Notes: a model not told the origin generated them from the letters alone. DNA of 64,000 nucleotides from Minisyncoccia bacterium (GCA_041738235.1 JBGSQF010000013.1:321899-385898), one strand, 5' to 3'; positions 1-9,600 are shown, counted from the stretch's first letter. Translations and numbers: made by a program.

Positions 1-189
1 ATTTTCCATAGACTGTTATGTGCTACACAATTAGTGACTTTAGTATACGTTGAGAAAGAAAAGTCCGCAACTTTTTCACTGGCTTCGATCTCTATTTGAC
101 TTGCATTTTTCGTCATTCATTCCCATACTACCCTCAAGGCATAATGCCGAAACTCTCTACCTGATCCACAGCAAAAAGAGGTTAGAACC

Positions 190-690
190 ATGCCTAGCAA
201 GCTCTTCGCAAAAAAAGACGAGAATTTCCACATTACGGTCGACTACGGGGTGCCTATCGGAAAGGCTTTGGAATTAGCTGAATCAGTTCTCAGATGGACT
301 GCTGTCGATCTCAATCTCAACTTAGAAAAGAGAACCTTTCCCCTCTTCTCAGGCATCAAGAAGTTCACCACTTACTATGCGGTGCTCCAACACGAATCCT
401 GCTGGCTCAGGGGGATGCGGGACGTCTTCCGGGAAGAGGATGTTGTACCAGCAGACATTTGGCAGTTCCTCGCCTTCCTCTATTTGTATGGGAGAACAGA
501 GGTAACTCCGAAAAATCCCTCTCCCATCGTCGCTGCCGCGCCAGGATCGACTTGGCTGTGTTCCCACGACTGTCTCAACGAGATGATCGGGGTTCGTTGG
601 GACACCTTCTACCACGCCCCCGGACCCAGTCTGGGAGTAGAATCCGACCCGTTCAGAAAAGGCATGCGTTTCTTGGCGATCCGGGCCTGA
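190..690 (+). CDS. Hypothetical orphan protein (166 aa)
   Basis: ORF with SD-like AAGAGG upstream and a hairpin terminator downstream; no recognisable motif. Confidence 0.6.
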   Translation: MPSKLFAKKDENFHITVDYGVPIGKALELAESVLRWTAVDLNLNLEKRTFPLFSGIKKFTTYYAVLQHESCWLRGMRDVFREEDVVPADIWQFLAFLYLYGRTEVTPKNPSPIVAAAPGSTWLCSHDCLNEMIGVRWDTFYHAPGPSLGVESDPFRKGMRFLAIRA

Positions 691-712
691 AACGTGCAAG
701 TCCTACCCATCA

Positions 713-758
713 AAGGCGCCCTCTATCTGCAAAGATATTGGGCGCCTTCAACTTTTTT
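713..758 (+). terminator. Probable intrinsic terminator
   Basis: AAGGCGCCC...GGGCGCCTT stem followed by a T-run. Confidence 0.6.
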
Positions 759-879
759 TGGACATACACACAACGATCTTACACTTTCACGACATATGGA
801 ATAGTAATTCGAAATGTGCTATCATAGAACACATTGATTTTCTCCCAAAACCATATAATCATAAAACTATTTACTCCCT

Positions 880-1458
880 ATGCGAAAGATCGTTCTTGAT
901 ATCGAAACACAAAATACCTTCCGTGATGTGGGGAAAAATGACCCAACGGCACTCGACATTTCCCTCCTCGTCATCTACGATTACGAAACGGATAAATACC
1001 TCTCATTCCTTCAAGACGACTTTCCAAAACTCTGGGCAATACTCGAACGATCCGATCTCATCATCGGATACAACTCCGACCATTTCGACATCCCACTCCT
1101 CAATAAATACTATCCGGGAGATCTCACAAGGATCAAAAGTGTAGACCTCCTCGTAGAGATCCAAAAATCGATCGGACGACGTGTTCGATTGGACGACGTG
1201 GCCTCCGCCACGCTCGGAGTAGGAAAAAGCGCCTCAGGACTTGAAGCGATCGAGTGGTGGAAAACCGGCGAAATAGAAAAGATCCGTGAGTATTGTGAGC
1301 AAGACGTTCGTGTTACCAAAGACGTGTACGAATATGCCAAAAAGAACAGTGCGCTGAAATACAAAGACATTGCCGGCATTCGAGAATTCCCTATTGACCC
1401 CTCCCGTTGGGAGCTTCAAATAAAGCCTGCCTCGATGAACTTTACCCTTCCTTTTTAG
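880..1458 (+). CDS. RNase H-like DEDD 3'-5' exonuclease family protein
   Basis: ExoI VLDIET, ExoII IGYNSDHFDIP and ExoIII YCEQDV motifs. Confidence 0.85.
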   Translation: MRKIVLDIETQNTFRDVGKNDPTALDISLLVIYDYETDKYLSFLQDDFPKLWAILERSDLIIGYNSDHFDIPLLNKYYPGDLTRIKSVDLLVEIQKSIGRRVRLDDVASATLGVGKSASGLEAIEWWKTGEIEKIREYCEQDVRVTKDVYEYAKKNSALKYKDIAGIREFPIDPSRWELQIKPASMNFTLPF

Positions 1459-1484
1459 AACCTTTACTAAGTGTTTCCATTTTT

Positions 1485-1522
1485 AAACCGCGGTCATGAC
1501 CTCTGCATGGTACCGCGGTTTT
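1485..1522. terminator. Bidirectional terminator between convergent genes
   Basis: AAACCGCGGT...ACCGCGGTTTTT inverted repeat. Confidence 0.7.
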
Positions 1523-1549
1523 TGTCTGCTGACGTGAGAGCTCCTTATC

Positions 1550-1888
1550 TCACGGATCTAGGCGAACAGGAATGCTGTTCTGTTTCCTTTTCTTTACCTT
1601 TGCCTCCCGACATCCAATCCCCTTCTCGCAGCACCTGATCCAAACGAGGATCAAGAACCCCGCGCAGAGACCGATGACAAGGTACCAAACCCAGTCAGGA
1701 AAAATAAACCTGCTTTCCAGCCCCGAATGGACAGAGAATGTTCCCATCGGGAACGATGGATTAGCAAGTGTTCGATTAACGAAGGGCATCGCGATCAATG
1801 CAAGAAATGCCATCACAGAGACGATCCAAAATTTTGGATTCTTCAGGCGGCATATGAAGCATTTTCTAGAAATACACCACTTCTTCAT
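1550..1888 (-). CDS. Small hypothetical membrane protein (2 TM, Cys-containing)
   Basis: Two hydrophobic segments; AGGAG SD before ATG. Confidence 0.6.
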   Translation of the reverse strand: MKKWCISRKCFICRLKNPKFWIVSVMAFLALIAMPFVNRTLANPSFPMGTFSVHSGLESRFIFPDWVWYLVIGLCAGFLILVWIRCCEKGIGCREAKVKKRKQNSIPVRLDP

Positions 1889-1924
1889 TACTGCTCCTAC
1901 ACTTTCGATTGAACATTATTCTCT

Positions 1925-2032
1925 TTATACAACCTTTGTACCCGTTTTGTCTAATGCTAATAAATTTCTATGTACTGAAAAAACTTGGGTCGCGGTGTCA
2001 TCTGGCACCGCGACCCACAATACCGCCCTCAT
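1925..2032 (-). CDS. Possible 35-aa small protein
   Basis: ATG overlaps the upstream TGA (ATGA coupling), GAGG upstream; MRAVLWVAVPDD... Confidence 0.3.
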   Translation of the reverse strand: MRAVLWVAVPDDTATQVFSVHRNLLALDKTGTKVV

Positions 2033-2235
2033 TTCCTCTCTGGCCGTCCCTTGGCCATGAGCCTTTCCCATCCCAGAAGAGCAAGGTAGACGAGAGTCCC
2101 AACACCCAAACCCCATATCCATTGATCCGGCCAACTCTCTGGGCTGGACTCTGTGGCCCATCCAGCAATGAGAGCAAGGGTTCCCGATATTGCAATGTTC
2201 ACACATTGCACGCCGATGCGTTCCAAAGGCTTCAT
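2029..2235 (-). CDS. Small hypothetical membrane protein (68 aa)
   Basis: Strong SD AAGGAGGGTGAT before ATG at 2235 (MKPLERIG...); two hydrophobic segments. Confidence 0.6.
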   Translation of the reverse strand: MKPLERIGVQCVNIAISGTLALIAGWATESSPESWPDQWIWGLGVGTLVYLALLGWERLMAKGRPERK

Positions 2236-2346
2236 ATCACCCTCCTTTGAGTGATCGAGTGACATACGATGTGGTAATCTTGGTATACTCCTTTCTTGAA
2301 TATCCGTCCAGAAAAAGCATAGAAACAACACCACATAAAACCACCC

Positions 2347-2375
2347 TTGCCTGAAATCAAAAAATCGGGTATGCT
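2347..2375 (+). promoter_or_regulatory. Putative sigma70 promoter of tRNA-Glu
   Basis: TTGCCT-17nt-TATGCT about 30 nt before the tRNA. Confidence 0.45.
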
Positions 2376-2404
2376 CGTAAACGTACTCGAACAAAAAAGT
2401 ATAT

Positions 2405-2479
2405 GCCGCGTTCGTCTAGCCCGGTCAGGACGCCAGGTTCTCATCCTGGAAATCATGGGTTCGAATCCCATACGCGGTA
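2405..2479 (+). tRNA. tRNA-Glu (CTC), CCA not encoded
   Basis: Acceptor GCCGCGT/ACGCGGT, anticodon arm CCAGG-TT CTC AT-CCTGG, T arm ATGGG-TTCGAAT-CCCAT. Confidence 0.96.
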
Positions 2480-2491
2480 CAAATAGCAACC

Positions 2492-2523
2492 AAAAAAGAT
2501 GGTCTTAATGGCCATCTTTTTTT
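2492..2523. terminator. Terminator after tRNA-Glu
   Basis: AAAAAAGATGG...CCATCTTTTTTT. Confidence 0.8.
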
Positions 2524-2538
2524 GTTTTTGTGTAGCCA

Positions 2539-2672
2539 CGTATGGGATGAGAAGGGTATTTCAAAAAGGCAAACTGCTTTGCGTTTTTGAAAACCCGGGC
2601 TTTGGAGGAGAAAGCAAGGCATGTGCCAAAGGGCACGACTTGCGACGGAGGAAAAGGAATCCCATACGCGGT
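2539..2672. repeat. tRNA-3'-bounded structured repeat, copy 1 (~134 bp)
   Basis: Starts with the reverse complement of the tRNA 3' end (CGTATGGGAT) and ends with a direct copy (GAATCCCATACGCGGT); two internal hairpins; near-identical to 6322-6454. Confidence 0.92.
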
Positions 2673-2678
2673 ACACTT

Positions 2679-2708
2679 AAAAAATGCCTTTTCAAAAGGC
2701 ATTTTTTT
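2679..2708. terminator. Terminator-like hairpin after repeat copy 1
   Basis: AAAAAATGCCTTTT-c-AAAAGGCATTTTTTT. Confidence 0.75.
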
Positions 2709-2710
2709 CT

Positions 2711-2738
2711 TACCTGTGTATGAGATTCGAACCTGATT
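2711..2738 (-). repeat. Inverted degenerate copy of the tRNA-Glu 3' half including the T-loop
   Basis: Reverse complement AATCAGGTTCGAATCTCATACACAGGTA vs tRNA 2451-2479 AATCATGGGTTCGAATCCCATACGCGGTA. Confidence 0.8.
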
Positions 2739-2887
2739 GTCGACACAATAACTCACTACCCACTCACTCACCGTATCTCTCCCCTTCTTTTTTCCAATAA
2801 AAAACCGACTCTTCCTTAAGTCGGCTGGGATGTCTCCCATTCGTGGCCATCTTTGGTCTTTGATTGCTCTCATCTTCTCTACTTTCC

Positions 2888-4537
2888 TCAATAGCAGAGA
2901 TAGTTGTCGTTCCAGGTATGCGGATCGGAAGGCTCCAGCCATTGCACACACCGCTTCCCTCCAATTGGTCCGGCACTGGACCAGGAGAAGTTAAGCGGAC
3001 TGCTCGGTGGCACGCAGAGGTAGTTGTCGTTCCAAGTATGCGGGTCAGCGCTTTCTCTAATCTGCGTACAGCGCATCCCTCCGATCGATCCGGCGCTGTT
3101 CCAACGCATCCCGTAGTCCTGGGTTGCGCAGAAGTAGTTATCCATCCAGGTATGCGGGTCAGCTCCTTCCGAGATCTGCGTGCAGTAGGCCCCGGAAACG
3201 GGTCCGGCATAGGACCAGACAAAAGTGCCGTCGGGACTTGTGGGGAAGTTAGTTACCGTGAACCCCATCGTCTGGGCATTATTGCCTTCGTTAGACTCAT
3301 GCAGGTTTCCCTGGTAGTCGGCGTAACATTGATAGGTGCGAGTTCCTGTGTCTCCCAGTCGGAAGCTATTGCTTATGTACTCCATCTTTTTTGCTCCGAC
3401 TCGCATGTCGCCTGCATCGACACCGTCATCTCCACGGCGGTTTCCTTGATTGATTTGGTAGTCAATGCGGAAACCGTTTGGGGCGTCACGGTTACCCACG
3501 TTTTGCACCTCGCAATACGGGTTGACGTAAGAATCCTTTCGAATGAATCCTCCCTGTCGAATAACCCAACCGTTTACCTTGAGGTACAGGTCGGAAACGA
3601 TGAGGTCGGCCTTCCAAGGCACGACATGGTAGGTGGCGCTTTTGCAGTTGTTGGCTTCGTTTAGCTCCGGAAGCCAGCCTTTGGAGTCCACGCAACAGGT
3701 GTACGTGCGATCTCCGGTGTTGCCCAGCTTCCAGCTGTCCCAGACCACTTCCGTGGCAATTTCACCCACTCTCGATTCTCCGGGGTCAAGGAAGTCCTCG
3801 TCACGCTCACTGCCATCCATACGGTGCGATACCTTGACTTGCAGAGGCGAGTCGATCTCGCCCAGATTGGTCATCTCGCAGTACGGATGCCAATAGTTAT
3901 CCTCCAATAATGTGGCGCCGTTGTAGTAGCGAGCACCCGTTATGGCATCAGAGAAATAGACGTCGGTGACGGTGAGGTCGGGACGCAGGCTTGTGACCTC
4001 GTACCGTTCCACACGGCTCTTGTTGTCACCCTCGTCATACTCTTCGACTTCGTTCCTGAAGTCGATCTCGGTGCGGAAGGCGATTGAGGAGATACCATCG
4101 GGGATGATGTAATCCTTCGTCTCCGTGATCGTCTCGCCTTCGTCGAGCTTGGCGATGGTGATGTAGCCCGTTTGCCATTGGACCCATTCTCCATCGTCGA
4201 TTGACACGAGATACTTGATGTCGATGGTGTCGGCATTGTCCCTCGTCTTCCAATTCCCCGCGTCGCCTCCCACAGCCTTCACCGCGACGCGGTTTCTGGC
4301 TTTCATACCGGGAAGGAATTGATCGTGTCCGGCGTAGAGCTCGTTGCCGTCGACACCGAGGATATCGGTGTCGTTTTTGAGGTTGACGGGGTCGAGGGGT
4401 TGAGGGTCGGTGGGATCAGATGTTGATCCGCCCGCTCCCGAGGTTGTAACAGTGATAGTAACTCCCTCGCAATCGGAAGCGAATGCCTCCGGAAGCAGAA
4501 GGAATAATGCAGTGACGAACAGTATGCCATATCTCAT
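2888..4537 (-). CDS. Secreted CARDB-repeat protein with a C-terminal triple Cys/Trp repeat
   Basis: Signal peptide MRYGILFVTALFLLLPEAFA (GGAGG SD); CARDB-like PDLTV...E.NE.NN modules; three WSxAGP...CxQ...DPHTWxDNYxC repeats. Confidence 0.8.
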   Translation of the reverse strand: MRYGILFVTALFLLLPEAFASDCEGVTITVTTSGAGGSTSDPTDPQPLDPVNLKNDTDILGVDGNELYAGHDQFLPGMKARNRVAVKAVGGDAGNWKTRDNADTIDIKYLVSIDDGEWVQWQTGYITIAKLDEGETITETKDYIIPDGISSIAFRTEIDFRNEVEEYDEGDNKSRVERYEVTSLRPDLTVTDVYFSDAITGARYYNGATLLEDNYWHPYCEMTNLGEIDSPLQVKVSHRMDGSERDEDFLDPGESRVGEIATEVVWDSWKLGNTGDRTYTCCVDSKGWLPELNEANNCKSATYHVVPWKADLIVSDLYLKVNGWVIRQGGFIRKDSYVNPYCEVQNVGNRDAPNGFRIDYQINQGNRRGDDGVDAGDMRVGAKKMEYISNSFRLGDTGTRTYQCYADYQGNLHESNEGNNAQTMGFTVTNFPTSPDGTFVWSYAGPVSGAYCTQISEGADPHTWMDNYFCATQDYGMRWNSAGSIGGMRCTQIRESADPHTWNDNYLCVPPSSPLNFSWSSAGPIGGKRCVQWLEPSDPHTWNDNYLCY

Positions 4538-4580
4538 GGCCGGATTTCCTCCGTTTTTGGGTTGATTGGTTGACATGTGA

Positions 4581-5300
4581 TCACTTGATGCACATGTCAC
4601 CTTTACCGAAGAGTGCATCATAGCTGACATCGTCCGGGTAATGCACCTGGAAGATGTCCGCACACACAGGCCAGGCGTACGTTCTCACGATCTGTCGGTT
4701 GCTGTCGAGTCCGTACCAGGCTTGTGCTTTGATGCACGAGGTGTCGAAGGGGTACCAGGCGTAGTTACCGACCTTGCGGACGGTGAACTGGTTGCCGGGG
4801 ATGGTGGCGGGGTCTTTCTCGTAGATGAACCCACGGAGGGTCCAACTGCCCTTAACATCAGATCCAAGATCCGTATTACGGTGATAAGTGTTACCGCTTC
4901 CTGGGTAGTAAGTGGCGTGATTAATGCCATCCTCAAACCCCTGGCTCTTATACCAATCCATCTCCAAAACATCGAAAGATCCGTCGGTGTATGCCTCCTC
5001 GACGTAAGCGACATGGCCTTCGAACTCCGCGATTGCGCCATCTTTCGGCTCGAACCCGACCATGAAGTCCAGGTTCCGAAGCTTATCGGACCACTGTCCG
5101 CCGTTCCATCCACTTCCGGTTATCGCCGAGGCGATGTCCGGGCGTTTGTATGCGGCCCACCAGGTGCAGTTTCCATGGTCACCACACTCGAAATGGCTCG
5201 TCGTGGACGTATATCCATAACACACCGAGTCACCAGCCAGCGCATTCACTCCGAAGAAAAACACGCAGACGCCAATCAGCCGAGCAAGTAAATTGCTCAT
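4581..5300 (-). CDS. Secreted CHAP-domain protein (putative peptidoglycan amidase/endopeptidase)
   Basis: Signal peptide; GNCTWWA (catalytic Cys), GNGGQW-like WNGGQW, GHVAYVE (catalytic His), EMDW. Confidence 0.85.
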   Translation of the reverse strand: MSNLLARLIGVCVFFFGVNALAGDSVCYGYTSTTSHFECGDHGNCTWWAAYKRPDIASAITGSGWNGGQWSDKLRNLDFMVGFEPKDGAIAEFEGHVAYVEEAYTDGSFDVLEMDWYKSQGFEDGINHATYYPGSGNTYHRNTDLGSDVKGSWTLRGFIYEKDPATIPGNQFTVRKVGNYAWYPFDTSCIKAQAWYGLDSNRQIVRTYAWPVCADIFQVHYPDDVSYDALFGKGDMCIK

Positions 5301-5413
5301 GATATAAATCCTCTTTCAAGTTGTTAAGGGACGCACATTCTTTGAGAAACGGATATTACCGCTTCAGAGATCGCACGAGAGGTCATGCGATCAAAAAGAG
5401 GTAAAACTGTATC

Positions 5414-6103
5414 TTACTTTTTGAGAATGATACTCTCTGCCATTGTATCAAGAATTTCTTTTCTTATGATATTTTCTTGAGTCATTCTGGCAGTAAGTGT
5501 AAGTGAAATCTTCTTATTGATAATATAGTAAGACTGTTGCATTTGAGAATTTTCATACGTAGCCGAGCAATATGCAATAAAAGGTAATTTTTTGTCATTA
5601 AGAATTTTACATTCAGCAGAGGGATTATTGTCTTTTGCCATGTAGAATATGGAGTCTATCTCATCTTGAGGAGTTCCAGCATCCGAGGTTGCTGTTCCCC
5701 TGTCCGTAATCACGATCTCTGTATTATTGAAAATATCTAATGGAACATTTGATCCTATACCAGAGAAAATTCCAATGTCTGGATGTTTCTCAATATCAAA
5801 ATCTGGGTTATTCGTAATTATTTGCGCATTTTCGTTTGCATCTAGCACTTTCCAATACCACTCTTTCGGGAATTTAATCGTGAAATATTCCGTTTCTTTT
5901 GTTTGCCAATGACTCACATCGAGATCGACATCTGTCACAAAATTTTGATTCTGTTCTTCTTGCTTCCTTTGCTCTTCTTCGGTCTGTTTTTGATTCATTT
6001 CTATCCCCCTCTCCACCTTCCCCGAATACCACAAAACACCCCCGGCAATGAGGACGGCAACAACAAAGAAAATGCTGAGGAATGCGATGCTTTTTTTGGT
6101 CAT
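5414..6103 (-). CDS. Membrane-anchored hypothetical protein (PsbP-like surface domain possible)
   Basis: N-terminal TM (MTKKSIAFLSIFFVV...), coiled linker, WQTKETEYFTIKFPKEW motif; AT-rich. Confidence 0.7.
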   Translation of the reverse strand: MTKKSIAFLSIFFVVAVLIAGGVLWYSGKVERGIEMNQKQTEEEQRKQEEQNQNFVTDVDLDVSHWQTKETEYFTIKFPKEWYWKVLDANENAQIITNNPDFDIEKHPDIGIFSGIGSNVPLDIFNNTEIVITDRGTATSDAGTPQDEIDSIFYMAKDNNPSAECKILNDKKLPFIAYCSATYENSQMQQSYYIINKKISLTLTARMTQENIIRKEILDTMAESIILKK

Positions 6104-6279
6104 AGGGATGATAATAGATTGAATATATTTCTTGTTCAATTTACTATAATTAGCGGGATATGTCAATGTTTTTTAAGCCCGAATTTTTAAAAATACTCCA
6201 AAATCCCCCATCATTTCCCCTACCCTACTCCAATCCAAAGTTCCAAGAACATCACACAGGGGGTACAACTAAGGTAAAC

Positions 6280-6314
6280 AAAAAATACACCCTTCCCAAG
6301 GATGTATTTTTTTT
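6280..6314. terminator. Terminator-like hairpin preceding repeat copy 2
   Basis: AAAAAATACACCCTT-ccc-AAGGATGTATTTTTTTT. Confidence 0.65.
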
Positions 6315-6321
6315 GTAAGCG

Positions 6322-6454
6322 CGTATGGGATGAGAAGGGTATTTCAAAAAGGCAAACTGCTTTGCATTTTTGAAAACCCGGGCTTTGGAGGAGAAAGCGA
6401 GGCATGTGCCAAAGGCACGCCTCGCGACGGAGGAAAAGGAATCCCGTACGCGGT
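6322..6454. repeat. tRNA-3'-bounded structured repeat, copy 2 (~133 bp)
   Basis: 5 substitutions and 1 indel relative to 2539-2672 by manual alignment. Confidence 0.92.
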
Positions 6455-6659
6455 TCAACTCAAGAGCATCTTTTTAAAGTGCATTCTACCTATTTTAGGG
6501 ATTACTCATCTAACTCAATCCCTTCTTTATAATTAGATCCTCATCAACTATCGCTACTGAACAGGAGGTAGAGATAAAAAATCCCCCCCTCTAGCTGATA
6601 AGGGATACACAAAAAAATATGTCACTACCAAAAAAATACAAGTTACCTTGACTTTCCTC

Positions 6660-9600
6660 CTACCACGTCCACGGATTCCACAATACAAAATTCTTAGTAG
6701 GTCGTGTCAAAGCTGGAGGAGTGACGGATTGTTGCGTCTGTTGAGTTTCTTGGGTTGAATTCGTTGGGTTTTGGATTTCTTCTGTGACTTGTCTTTCTGT
6801 ACGTGCTCCTTGCACACTCCCCTCTTCTGCTTGAGTTTGCGTTTCTGTCTGTGATGATACTTGTTGTATCTGACTTACGTAGTTTAGTACAATCGAAGTA
6901 TCTACTCTGTTTCCCGCTTTATCATAGGCTCGAATATTGAGAAGATACGTTCCAAGAGGAAGAGATTCGGGAAGAAGATAAAAAGACTCTTCAACACCTT
7001 GTCTTCTCCAAGACTTTAGAACTTTTCCATTCATATCGACAAGTTGAACCTTATAATAGGAAAGACCCGATCCATTAGGATTGTCAGCTGCAAGAAAATC
7101 TATTCTCTCTTTTCTGGTGAGAGTCTTTTTTTCTGGAAGAGGATTAATGAAAAAGGGATCGGTCTTATCAGTGATAAGAGTAAAGAAGTCAGAGATATCT
7201 GATCTATTCCCAGTGCTATCGATATAGCGTACGGCATATTGATTTTTTCCTTCCTTACTAGAAAGATTGAAGTTCCAAGAGCCCTTCTCATTTATAGAGA
7301 TAGTTTTGAGTTTTTTAGTACCTCCTTTATCTGTTTTGGTATAGAGAGTTATGGTTCCATTTCTTGCTTTTGGATTCTTTCCCTTAAGTCTGGGAGTGGT
7401 ATCGGATCGATAGTTAACATCTTTGAAAGAAATAGATTCCTCATTAGCAGAAAGGTTGCTCTTATTGTCATTTTGGAATTGTTCAAGGTTGGATTCTGAA
7501 GTTTGAAGCGTGGCGGAGTGAATGACAGGAGTGATATTGGGATCTTGTGTAGAAAGAGTTGCTTTCCAAGTAAAATTATTTGCTTTGGTATACTGGGGAA
7601 ATGTTATGGGAGGAGTGAAATCAGCCCAAGTAGATCCGTTGTCTATTGAGTATTGATACTCAATGCTAGTGCCTTCTGGAATCGTTTGATCTGTCTGGAA
7701 AGAGAGGAGTTCATTGGTATTTGGGAAAGAGAGGGTTTGTGAGGTGTAAGTGCCTGAATCAGAGATAAAAAGTCCGTCCTCTTGCCGAGCATATTTGATC
7801 TCCACGCTATCAAGGCTGGGCGTAATGGAATTGTCTTGAGTCGCAAGAACTGCCTTATAGCGAAAGTTGCGGGATAAGTTAACAGGCAGAGCATAAATGC
7901 CAGGATCGGTTCCCAAACTTGTGTATGTTTGACCTTCATCAAAAGAGTAGAACATTTCTATAGAAGTTCCTTCGGGAATAGTGGCTTCCCAAGATAGCTC
8001 AGAATACACCTCTTTTTGGTACGTGTCGGAAATATATTCTAAAGAAAAAAAATAATTCGTATCAAGAACGTTCGTATCTGAATCATTGTCCACATCGGTA
8101 CAGAGATCTGTATTTGATCCTCCAATAGCATAAATCCCACCATTTACCAACTCAGTTGATACTCTATTGAGACCAGTTGGTAATATCCCAATAATATCCC
8201 ATTTATCGTACTCCGGGTCATAGCTATATATATCCTTTGCACGAATAAGCGCATCATCTTTTCCTCCAATATATATAAGCTTACCATTTATAACTACCGT
8301 ATCACCACCACCTCGATATGAAGGCAGAAATGCCAAATCCGTATCCCATGTATCCGTGGCTGGATCATAACTTGCCATAGAGTTGGACACCATACCATCA
8401 CAATCCCGCCTCGCCCCAACGATATACAACTTTCCATTAATAAATTGACCCGAAGCCTGATTCATTTTTACAACAGGGGCAGGTGTTCCGGCCTCCCAAG
8501 TATCTGTTTCTGGATCATAGATCTCCATCTCAGTAGATGAAAGACCAGAACAATCTAAACCACCACTAATGTAGACAGGACCACCTCCCACGACATAGAT
8601 CTTCCCGTTATATACTCCTCCGACAGCTCCTTCCCTCACCCGACTCATAGGTGCGCCCGCTGTCCAAGTATCCGTTTCTGGGTCATATATTTCTACAGAA
8701 GAAAGTTCTGTCTTTGTAGGATAAACTCCGGTAGCACCTCCAAAGACATAGAGTTTGCTATCGTACGCAACAACCATTGGTCTCGTTCTTGTTTGCACCA
8801 TTGGGGATTTAGTCTCCCATGTATCGGTTGCTGTGTCGTAAACCAATAATGTATTATGTCCGCAATTTCCACAACTCATCTTTCCCCCACCCACAACATA
8901 TATTTTTGAACCAATAACAGCACTTCCCGCGCCTTTTGTCTCTTCGGGAAGAGGCGCTTTGTTTTGCCAAGTGTCACTCGATTCAGCATATACGGTTTTA
9001 ACATAAACTCCCTCACTATTATATACGTTATCTATATCAACAACCGAAAGACCGCTTTTATTATCCTCTTCATAGAAAGCCCCTGATTCACTCTTTTTGA
9101 CACTAACATACAAAAGATGATGAGTACCATCCAGAAAAGAATTGTGAACGCTATTATTTACGATTTCTGGAGTTGAAACATTATTATACGTTTTGACCAA
9201 AACATCATCTGCTGGACTCACTGTTCCCCGTGTATCAATAACCGAGAGGGCACCATTATTAATATTGGGATCATTTTTACTACTTACATATAAGAGATCG
9301 TTCGCAGAATCTAAAAAGGCATGCACTACATAATTATTCGCTATCGCTGGGGTGGTAGTTGTTTTATAAGTGATCACCAAAACATCGTCAGTGGCGGTCA
9401 CAGTTCCTTGCGTGTTGATCACGGTAAGACCACCCCCTAAAGTCCCCACATACAAAAGGTTATGCACCGAATCCATAAAGGAGTACGAAACATTGTTACC
9501 CCCGATCGCTGGGGTGGTAGTTGTTTTATAAGTGATCACCAAAACATCGTCAGTGGCGGTCACAGTTCCTTGCGTGTTGATCACGGTAAGACCACCACTT

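Noticed and set aside
2499-2951. ORFs over the repeat (2505-2951, 2499-2723; also 6252-6458 and 6330-6536)
   Set aside because: The frames are not preserved between copies because of an indel, and they overlap terminators and tRNA fragments
2864-5291. Long plus-strand ORFs 2864-3664 and 4641-5291
   Set aside because: They are antisense shadows of the GC-rich CARDB and CHAP genes and have no motifs
2539-6454. Repeat pair as a DGR template/variable repeat
   Set aside because: Both copies are intergenic, differences are not confined to adenines of one copy, and no reverse transcriptase is in the window
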